NCBI GenBank assembly: GCA_028700115.1
Contig: JAQVTI010000023.1
Location: 1-6,552, forward strand
Source: Candidatus Iainarchaeum sp.
Lineage (GTDB): Archaea; Iainarchaeota; Iainarchaeia; Iainarchaeales; CSSED10-239
Direction: 5' to 3'
DNA length: 6,552 nt
Shown here: positions 1 to 6,106 of the stretch, piece by piece
Position numbering within the stretch: the stretch's first letter is position 1
How the letters are laid out: each line of letters begins with the position of its first letter
Made by a program: the position numbers and the translations under genes
The notes under the pieces: generated by a model
Databases searched by the model: none
Seen by the model: only the letters and a program-made list of their open reading frames with translations
What the model was told of the DNA's origin: nothing

Positions 1-834
1 ATTAGACAGAATGTTGACACAAATGTTGACACAAATGTTGACACAAATCCTTTAATAAGACAAAATTGGATTATTTATTATTTAAAAGCAAACAGATCTA
101 TAAGATCAAAAGATATAATTCAGAAAAGAAGAGATAAAGAACTATTAAATAAAATAATTACTCCATTACTTGAAGATTTAAAATATAATTTATTAATCTC
201 TGGAAAAACTGAATTAGAGGTTGAAAAAGAGATTGACGATTTTAAGAAAGAATATAAATTATATAAATATCCAAGTCATATCTTTGTAAATGGAGTTATA
301 AGACCTGCAACAGATAATGATAATATAAAATTAACAATGGATATGAATCGTATTCATTTTATTAAAAAAGATTTTCAAAGAAAAAATTTAGTGATTAATA
401 ATCTATTAGAACTAATCAAATCTTTAAGATATATAGTTATTCATATTAATATGGGTGTCTTATCTTTTGATAACTTTAAAGATAAAATCTTGAATTTAGA
501 AGAATGTATTTTAAAAAACAGATTTTATTATTATGAATTACTAGAAAATGATTTTTTAACTAAAGATGATGATGAGGTAATGGCTAGTTATAAATTAAAA
601 GACAAAGATATTGAACTTTTTAAAGAAGTATTAGATAAAGGCATAATTGATTATTTTATTGATTTTTTTGAAAAGGATATAAAAGGATACAGAGAAGACT
701 CTAAAAAATCAATTGAACAAATTAAAAATGAATTAAAAGAAGATAATGGTTTTATTGAAGACTATCAATTAGACTATCCAAACAAAAAAATTAATTTTAG
801 AGAAGAAGCAAATGAACAAAAGAAATTTTTATAA
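1..834 (+). CDS. Hypothetical protein, 5'-partial (start lies upstream of the window); contains an (NVDT)x3 tetrapeptide repeat
   Basis: Frame 1 has no stop from base 1 to TAA 832-834. Hand translation of 1-336 gives IRQNVDTNVDTNVDTNPLIRQNWIIYYLKANRSIRSKDIIQKRRDKELLNKIITPLLEDLKYNLLISGKTELEVEKEIDDFKKEYKLYKYPSHIFVNGVIRPATDNDNIKLT, which runs straight into the track ORF 337..834. There is no in-frame ATG/GTG/TTG in 1-336, so the true start is off-window. By my rough estimate about 1 random codon in 10 would be a stop at this composition, so 112 stop-free codons are not chance. I do not recognise the product. Confidence 0.75.
   Translation: MRQNVDTNVDTNVDTNPLIRQNWIIYYLKANRSIRSKDIIQKRRDKELLNKIITPLLEDLKYNLLISGKTELEVEKEIDDFKKEYKLYKYPSHIFVNGVIRPATDNDNIKLTMDMNRIHFIKKDFQRKNLVINNLLELIKSLRYIVIHINMGVLSFDNFKDKILNLEECILKNRFYYYELLENDFLTKDDDEVMASYKLKDKDIELFKEVLDKGIIDYFIDFFEKDIKGYREDSKKSIEQIKNELKEDNGFIEDYQLDYPNKKINFREEANEQKKFL
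11..46 (+). repeat. Perfect tandem repeat, 12 bp x 3 (ATGTTGACACAA), in frame within the partial CDS
   Basis: Direct reading: 11-22, 23-34 and 35-46 are identical. In frame 1 they encode NVDT NVDT NVDT. Confidence 0.95.
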
Positions 835-862
835 ATAAATAATTAAAACAAGGAGATGACTT

Positions 863-880
863 GATTTTAAATTTAAAATC
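863..880. repeat. 18-bp perfect palindrome GATTTTAAATTTAAAATC between the upstream ORF and mod
   Basis: The sequence equals its own reverse complement (checked base by base). It lies 29 nt after the TAA at 834 and 110 nt before the mod ATG. The half-site GATTTTA recurs at 931-937. Function (operator or weak terminator hairpin) is unknown. Confidence 0.85.
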
Positions 881-910
881 TTTAAAAGATACTTAAGATA
901 TTGTTTTATT

Positions 911-930
911 AAAAATGACCAAAAATGTCC
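911..930 (+). repeat. Tandem 10-mer AAAAATGACC / AAAAATGTCC (9/10 identical) upstream of mod
   Basis: Direct reading of 911-920 and 921-930. These two units hold most of the G/C in an otherwise almost pure A/T spacer. A regulatory role is only a guess. Confidence 0.55.
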
Positions 931-989
931 GATTTTAGATATATTTTTATATTCTTTTAACAATATAAGATTTATAAATAGTGATAATT

Positions 990-2666
990 ATGGTTGATCA
1001 AGAAATTTCTAAATTATTAAAAGAGATTAATAAACTTAAAGATGAAAACCAAAAATTAAAATCAAGAAAAAAATATGGTTTAGTTTGGGAAGAAGAGAAA
1101 GAACCTGAACAAGTAGTTTTAGATTGTCAAAAAAAGATTCCTATCTTAAAAGAAGTAAAAAGTAAAGAGATACTTACTGATAAAGATAAACCAATTAATA
1201 TTTTAATAGAAGGCGATAATTATCACGCTTTACAAGTTTTAAATTATACTCATAAAGGAAAGGTTGATGTCATTTATATTGATCCTCCTTATAATACTGG
1301 TAAAGCTAAAGAGTGGAAATATAATGATAAATTTATAGATGAAAATGATAATTATAAACATTCTAAATGGCTTAACTTTATGAATAAAAGATTGCTTCTT
1401 GCAAAAAATCTTTTAAAAAATGATGGAGTTATTTTTATTTCTATTGATGATAATGAAGTTTCACAATTAAAACTTCTCTGTGATGAAATATTTGGAGAAG
1501 ATAATTTTATTTCTAAATTTGTTTGGGAAAAAAACTTCGCGCCAAAAAATGATAATAAATATATTTCTACATCTCAAGAGTATATTTTACTTTATGCAAA
1601 ACAAAAAATTTTATTTAAAAGAAATTTGTTAGAAAGAACAGAAGAACATAACAAAGGTTATTCTAATCCTGATAATGATCCAAGAGGCAATTGGTCTTCA
1701 GGAACAATGTTAGCAACAACATTTAGTGAAAAATATGTTTTTTCAATAAAAAGACCTAATAGTACAGAAATTTACCCCCCAAAAGGGAGGTGTTGGAGAT
1801 ATTCTAAAGATAAAATTCAAAAATTATTAAATGATAATAGAATTTGGTTTGGTAAAACTGGATCTAATGTTCCAAGAATAAAAAGATTTTTAACAGAGGT
1901 TCAAGCAGGAATTGTGCCTGTTACTTTATTGAAATATAAAGAAGTTGGTAGTGGGCAAGATGGTACTAATGACTTAAAAAACATTTTTGGAGAACAAATT
2001 TTTGATTTTCCGAAACCAATTAAATTAATAAATTATATTTTAAAAATAAGTTCTAAAAAAAATGCAATTATTTTAGATTTTTTTGCAGGTACTGGTACAA
2101 CAGCTCATTCAGTTTTAGATTTAAATGTTGATAAAGGAAATAGAAAATTTATTTTATGTACTAATAATGAAGATAATAATGGGGACGGTAAAAAAGTTTG
2201 TTCAGATATTTGTTATCCAAGAATTGAAAAAGCAATAAAAGGTTATAAAACAATTAAAAATGTAAAAGTAGAAGGTATGGGTGGTAATTTAAAATATTTT
2301 AAAACTAATTTTATAGATGTTGATAGTATTTATAAAGTATCAGATAATAAAAAATTAAATTTAACTTATCAAGCAGGAGAATTAATTGCAATTAAAGAAG
2401 ATGCTTTTGAAGAATTAGAAAAAAATGAATATTACCAAATCTTTAAGAATGATAAAAAAGTTGTAGGTATTTATTTTATAGAATCTCATAAAAAATTAAA
2501 TGAATTATTAAAAAAGATTAATAAATATGATTCAAAGAAAATTATATATTTATTTAGTTGGGGTAAAACAGAATATACTGGAGAAGAGCTAGGTTATTCT
2601 AATATAAAAATAAAAGATATTCCCCAACCAATAATTGATGTTTATAAAGAAATAAACAAATTATAG
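990..2666 (+). CDS. mod: Type III restriction-modification system methyltransferase (Mod), beta-class, probably N6-adenine
   Basis: - Catalytic motif IV DPPY at 1281-1292, in context GKVDVIYIDPPYNTG.
- AdoMet motif I FFAGTGTT at 2079-2102.
- Motif IV precedes motif I, which is the beta-class order typical of the N6_N4 MTase family.
- The N-terminal YGLVWE and NILIEGDNYHALQVL segments are typical of Type III Mod proteins.
- The res gene follows 8 nt downstream.
- The track starts at GTG 981. I prefer ATG 990 (3 codons later), because GTGAT at 981-985 then acts as an SD-like element 4 nt upstream. Confidence 0.9.
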   Translation: MVDQEISKLLKEINKLKDENQKLKSRKKYGLVWEEEKEPEQVVLDCQKKIPILKEVKSKEILTDKDKPINILIEGDNYHALQVLNYTHKGKVDVIYIDPPYNTGKAKEWKYNDKFIDENDNYKHSKWLNFMNKRLLLAKNLLKNDGVIFISIDDNEVSQLKLLCDEIFGEDNFISKFVWEKNFAPKNDNKYISTSQEYILLYAKQKILFKRNLLERTEEHNKGYSNPDNDPRGNWSSGTMLATTFSEKYVFSIKRPNSTEIYPPKGRCWRYSKDKIQKLLNDNRIWFGKTGSNVPRIKRFLTEVQAGIVPVTLLKYKEVGSGQDGTNDLKNIFGEQIFDFPKPIKLINYILKISSKKNAIILDFFAGTGTTAHSVLDLNVDKGNRKFILCTNNEDNNGDGKKVCSDICYPRIEKAIKGYKTIKNVKVEGMGGNLKYFKTNFIDVDSIYKVSDNKKLNLTYQAGELIAIKEDAFEELEKNEYYQIFKNDKKVVGIYFIESHKKLNELLKKINKYDSKKIIYLFSWGKTEYTGEELGYSNIKIKDIPQPIIDVYKEINKL

Positions 2667-2674
2667 GCGATAAT

Positions 2675-5068
2675 ATGAATATTGAATTAAAGACTTTTCA
2701 AAAAAAAGCAATTGCTGAATTAAGAAATCAATTTTTAAAATTGTGGAATACAGATAATAGACAAATAGATTTAATATTTAAATCTCCAACAGGTTCAGGA
2801 AAAACAATAATGATTGCACAATTTTTAAAAGATTTAACAATAGATCCTCAATTTGATGTTGATAAAGCATATTTGTGGATTACTTTTAGTGAAGAATCAT
2901 ATGAACAAAGTAAAAATAAATTAGATAATTATTATGATAATGTAGGAGAATTGGGTTTATTAGATTTAAATGATCTAAATAAAAAAAAAATGACTAAAAA
3001 CGAAGTTTTTTTTATAAATTGGCAAAAAATAAAATCTTCAACAAAAGAAGGAAGAATATTAAGAAGAGATTCTGAAAAATCAGAATGGGATAAAGGAATA
3101 TTTGATGAATTTATTATCAGAACAAAAAAAGAAGGAAGAGAATTAATATTAATAATTGATGAAGCACACAGAGATAAAGATACAACACTTGCTAAAGAAA
3201 TAATTGATATAATTGATCCAAAGATAATATTACATATAACTGCAACTCCTAAAGAAGAACCAACCTATTCAGAAGTAACTAATTTAAAAAAAGGTTTTGT
3301 AGAAGTAGATAGATTAGATGTAATTAAAGAAGGATTAATTAAAGAAAAGATAATTACTCAAACAAAAGAAAACTTAGATGTAGTTTCTAAAAAAGAGATT
3401 GATCAAGACATTTTACTTTTAGAGTTAGCACACAATAAAAGACAAGAATTATTGGAGATATTTTCTCAAAAAAACATTAATATTAATCCTTTAGTTTTGA
3501 TACAATTACCAAATGATGACAAAGCAAGAAAAGAGACACAAGATAAATCTAAATTAGAATTAGTTAAAGAGTTTTTAAGAGAAAAAAAAATAAAAGATGA
3601 AAATATTGCTATTTGGTTATCAGAAAAAAAAGAAAATTTAGAATATATTGAGAAAAATAATTCTGATATTTCTTATTTAATATTTAAACAAGCTGCAGCA
3701 ACAGGATGGGATTGTCCAAGAGCACAAATATTAGTAATGTTTAGAGAAATAAAAAATCCTGTTTTTCATACTCAAACAGTAGGAAGAATATTAAGAATGC
3801 CTGAAGCAAAACATTATGATATTTTAGATTTAAATTATGGTTATTTATATACTAATTATGAAAGAAATCAAATTAATTTGCCTGATAATAAACAAGGAGA
3901 AAATAAACCTTTTGTACATCAATCAAAAATAAAAAAAAATATTGAACCAATTGTATTAAATTCTACATATTTAAGTAGAGTAGATTATAATGATCTAGGG
4001 GCTAGTTATGAATATACATTAGATAAAGTGTTTAATGAATATTTTAATATAGTTGATGGATTTAAAGGAGAAAGTTGGAACAAATTAAAAGAAAAAGGAT
4101 TAGAGCTAAAAAATCCAATTGTAAATAATAAAATGATTGTTGATGCAGAAATAGAGTGTTACGATAATTTTGTAAAAGAAATTAAAGATAAAGGGATTGA
4201 TTATAATAATGAAACTTCTCAAAATGATATTGAAAAAACATATAATTTATTATGTTACAATAAAATTGCAAAACAAGAAGAGGAAAGTAGAAAATTTGCT
4301 CCAGAAAGATCTTGGGCAACATTAAAAAGATCATTAAATGTGTGGTTTCAAAATACTATAGATTCTGATAGAGAAATATATTATAAAATTATTGTTTGTG
4401 ATTTATTAAAAGAAAATAGTGTTCTATATAAAGCCATATCAAAATCTTTTGAAGTTCATAAAGATGTAAGACTAAAAGAAGTTAAAGAAAAAGAAGAAAG
4501 AAAAGAGCAGTTTATTAAATTAGAAGTTCCTTTAAAAAACTTATTTTATACAGATGATTATGAAGAAAAGAGTGTAAAAAAATGTGCAATTAGTCCATTT
4601 TATATAAAAAAATCTTATTCTGGAAAAGATAATGAAGAAAAATTTATAAAATATTTAGAATCTAAAGACACTATCGATTGGTGGTATAAATCAGGAGATT
4701 CTGGAAGAGATAATTTTGCAGTAAAATATTTTAATAAAGATGATAACAAATTTAAATTATTTTATCCAGATTGGATTATTAGACTAAAATCTAACAAAAT
4801 CTTAATATTAGACACAAAGAAAGGTAATACTGCTAAATCAAATGACACTATTTATAAAGCTGAAGCATTACAAGAGTGGATAAAAAAACAAAAACAAGAT
4901 ATTATAGGTGGAATTGTAGTAAATTTATCTGATATTTGGATGTTAAATAATAGACATATTTATAGTTATAAATCAAATAATGTTGATAATTCTGAGAATA
5001 GTTTAAAAGATAGTATAAGTAAATCTGATTTTAAAGATTGGATTGATTTAGATAATGTGTTGATTTAA
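2675..5068 (+). CDS. res: Type III restriction endonuclease subunit (Res): SF2 DEAH-box helicase/translocase plus C-terminal PD-(D/E)xK nuclease
   Basis: - Walker A PTGSGKT at 2786-2806.
- Motif II DEAH at 3158-3169 (LIIDEAHR).
- Motif III TATP at 3239-3250.
- Motif VI QTVGRILR at 3773-3796.
- C-terminal nuclease signature YPDW...x11...LDTKKG: P698-D699 at 4766-4771 and D713-x-K715 at 4811-4819.
- Located directly after mod, the canonical mod-res order. Confidence 0.9.
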   Translation: MNIELKTFQKKAIAELRNQFLKLWNTDNRQIDLIFKSPTGSGKTIMIAQFLKDLTIDPQFDVDKAYLWITFSEESYEQSKNKLDNYYDNVGELGLLDLNDLNKKKMTKNEVFFINWQKIKSSTKEGRILRRDSEKSEWDKGIFDEFIIRTKKEGRELILIIDEAHRDKDTTLAKEIIDIIDPKIILHITATPKEEPTYSEVTNLKKGFVEVDRLDVIKEGLIKEKIITQTKENLDVVSKKEIDQDILLLELAHNKRQELLEIFSQKNININPLVLIQLPNDDKARKETQDKSKLELVKEFLREKKIKDENIAIWLSEKKENLEYIEKNNSDISYLIFKQAAATGWDCPRAQILVMFREIKNPVFHTQTVGRILRMPEAKHYDILDLNYGYLYTNYERNQINLPDNKQGENKPFVHQSKIKKNIEPIVLNSTYLSRVDYNDLGASYEYTLDKVFNEYFNIVDGFKGESWNKLKEKGLELKNPIVNNKMIVDAEIECYDNFVKEIKDKGIDYNNETSQNDIEKTYNLLCYNKIAKQEEESRKFAPERSWATLKRSLNVWFQNTIDSDREIYYKIIVCDLLKENSVLYKAISKSFEVHKDVRLKEVKEKEERKEQFIKLEVPLKNLFYTDDYEEKSVKKCAISPFYIKKSYSGKDNEEKFIKYLESKDTIDWWYKSGDSGRDNFAVKYFNKDDNKFKLFYPDWIIRLKSNKILILDTKKGNTAKSNDTIYKAEALQEWIKKQKQDIIGGIVVNLSDIWMLNNRHIYSYKSNNVDNSENSLKDSISKSDFKDWIDLDNVLI

Positions 5069-5104
5069 AGTTATTAATAGTTATAAATATTTTATTGATT
5101 ATAA

Positions 5105-5938
5105 ATGATTAAAATATATCCTGATTTAACAAATACAATTTATCAAAAATATATTTATGATTTATATGATGGTGAATTTCCTGAAGAAATAATTACTTCT
5201 AAATATTTATTAACTGAAATTGATCTTCCTTTTGCCAAAAAATTATCTCCAGGAGATTATTATAGATCTAAATCAAAATTACAAGAATGGTATAATATTA
5301 GAAGCGAAATAATTGAAATGTATAGAAAATTAATTGAATATTATAATTGTCATTCGATTAATTTAGCTGGTTTTTTTTCTTTATCCGGAATACTATTAGA
5401 ATATTTATTTAAGTATGAAATATCAAGAAGAAATCAAAGTAATACTAATTTAATTAAAGATATATTTTATACAAATAAATGTAATCTATCAAATATAGTT
5501 ATAAATAAACCTAAAAGTATTATTAATTTATTTAATTATTTAAAAGAGTTGGAATCATTAAGAAGTGAAATAGAGTCTTTTGTAGAATTAAGAAATTCAT
5601 TTGTACATTGTAATATTGAGAAAAGAAAATCATCAATGGCCAATTTTAAGAAAGTAATTGGCCTTAACAGTGGTTATTTTATAATTAAAAATAAAAAAAC
5701 TTTAGTTAAACACGTTGTAGGATACATTGGAAGGAATAAAAAACCAAAAGAAATTGATGAATCTGACCCTGAAAATTATTTTTATGGTAGAGATGAAGCT
5801 TATTTAAGTATTTCTTTAATATTTGAAATATTCAAAAAATTATATGGAGATATAAATTATTTAAGATGCGATAATTTATTTATGCAATTAAATAAAGGAA
5901 AATTACCTGTTAAATTAAAATATTTATACGATAGATAA
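5105..5938 (+). CDS. Hypothetical protein with an HEPN-like RNxxxH motif (candidate RNase, toxin or abortive-infection effector)
   Basis: A 277-codon ORF in AT-rich DNA is a confident coding call. The motif R-N-S-F-V-H at 5591-5608 (aa 163-168, context LRSEIESFVELRNSFVHCN) fits the HEPN Rx4-6H signature, including the common polar N after R. It follows long predicted-helical segments (GILLEYLFKYEISRR, NLFNYLKELESLRSEIESF). The function call rests on motif and context only. Confidence 0.7.
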   Translation: MIKIYPDLTNTIYQKYIYDLYDGEFPEEIITSKYLLTEIDLPFAKKLSPGDYYRSKSKLQEWYNIRSEIIEMYRKLIEYYNCHSINLAGFFSLSGILLEYLFKYEISRRNQSNTNLIKDIFYTNKCNLSNIVINKPKSIINLFNYLKELESLRSEIESFVELRNSFVHCNIEKRKSSMANFKKVIGLNSGYFIIKNKKTLVKHVVGYIGRNKKPKEIDESDPENYFYGRDEAYLSISLIFEIFKKLYGDINYLRCDNLFMQLNKGKLPVKLKYLYDR

Positions 5939-5971
5939 CATTTAAATTAACTTTATATTATTAAATACTAT

Positions 5972-6106
5972 ATGAAGTGCTCAAAGTGTTCTAAAAAAGC
6001 AGAATATTATATTACTAAAGATAATAAAAAGATATATTTATGTAAAGAACACTCTAGGGAAAAATTAATTAAAGAGGGTTATAGTTATATTCCTAAAATT
6101 AATTAA
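5972..6106 (+). CDS. Small (44 aa) putative zinc-ribbon protein, CxxC-x17-CxxH; absent from the ORF track
   Basis: Hand translation: ATG 5972, MKCSKCSKKAEYYITKDNKKIYLCKEHSREKLIKEGYSYIPKIN, TAA 6104-6106. C3/C6 and C24/H27 form a paired-knuckle metal-binding pattern in an otherwise Cys/His-poor region. It fills the 165-nt gap between flanking genes. No clear SD is present, and the short length limits confidence. Confidence 0.4.
   Translation: MKCSKCSKKAEYYITKDNKKIYLCKEHSREKLIKEGYSYIPKIN

Noticed and set aside
11-46. The 12-bp repeats as a CRISPR array, plasmid iterons, or stacked sigma70 -35 boxes (each unit contains TTGACA)
   Set aside because: The units are directly adjacent with no spacers, there are only three, and they are too short for CRISPR repeats. 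They sit in frame inside a long open reading frame, so coding tetrapeptide repeats are the simplest explanation.
337-339. ATG 337 as the start of a stand-alone 165-aa protein, as listed in the ORF track
   Set aside because: The same frame is stop-free all the way back to base 1. The track only reports from the first ATG. The gene is 5'-truncated by the window.
856-864. ATG 856 directly after AAGGAG as a gene start
   Set aside because: There is zero spacing to the SD-like hexamer and the frame is ATG ACT TGA (2 codons). It is not a gene.
939-980. Annotating specific TATA boxes or -10 elements as promoter features (TTTTTATATT 945-954, TTTATAAATA 971-980, and many others)
   Set aside because: At about 75% A+T, TATA-like strings occur almost everywhere, including inside genes. 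Without TSS data or a known host lineage they cannot be supported as discrete features. They are mentioned only as hypotheses in the findings.
1775-1792. C6 run followed by AAAAGGGAGGTG inside mod: an unusual G/C-rich patch, a possible phase-variation tract or an internal SD
   Set aside because: - It reads cleanly in the mod frame as Y-P-P-K-G-R-C-W.
- C6 is shorter than typical contingency tracts.
- The only nearby start (TTG 1793) opens a 4-codon out-of-frame ORF.
990-2666. Phasevarion-type simple-sequence repeat in the Type III mod gene
   Set aside because: I found no tetra- or pentanucleotide repeat array and no long homopolymer in mod. The ORF is intact.
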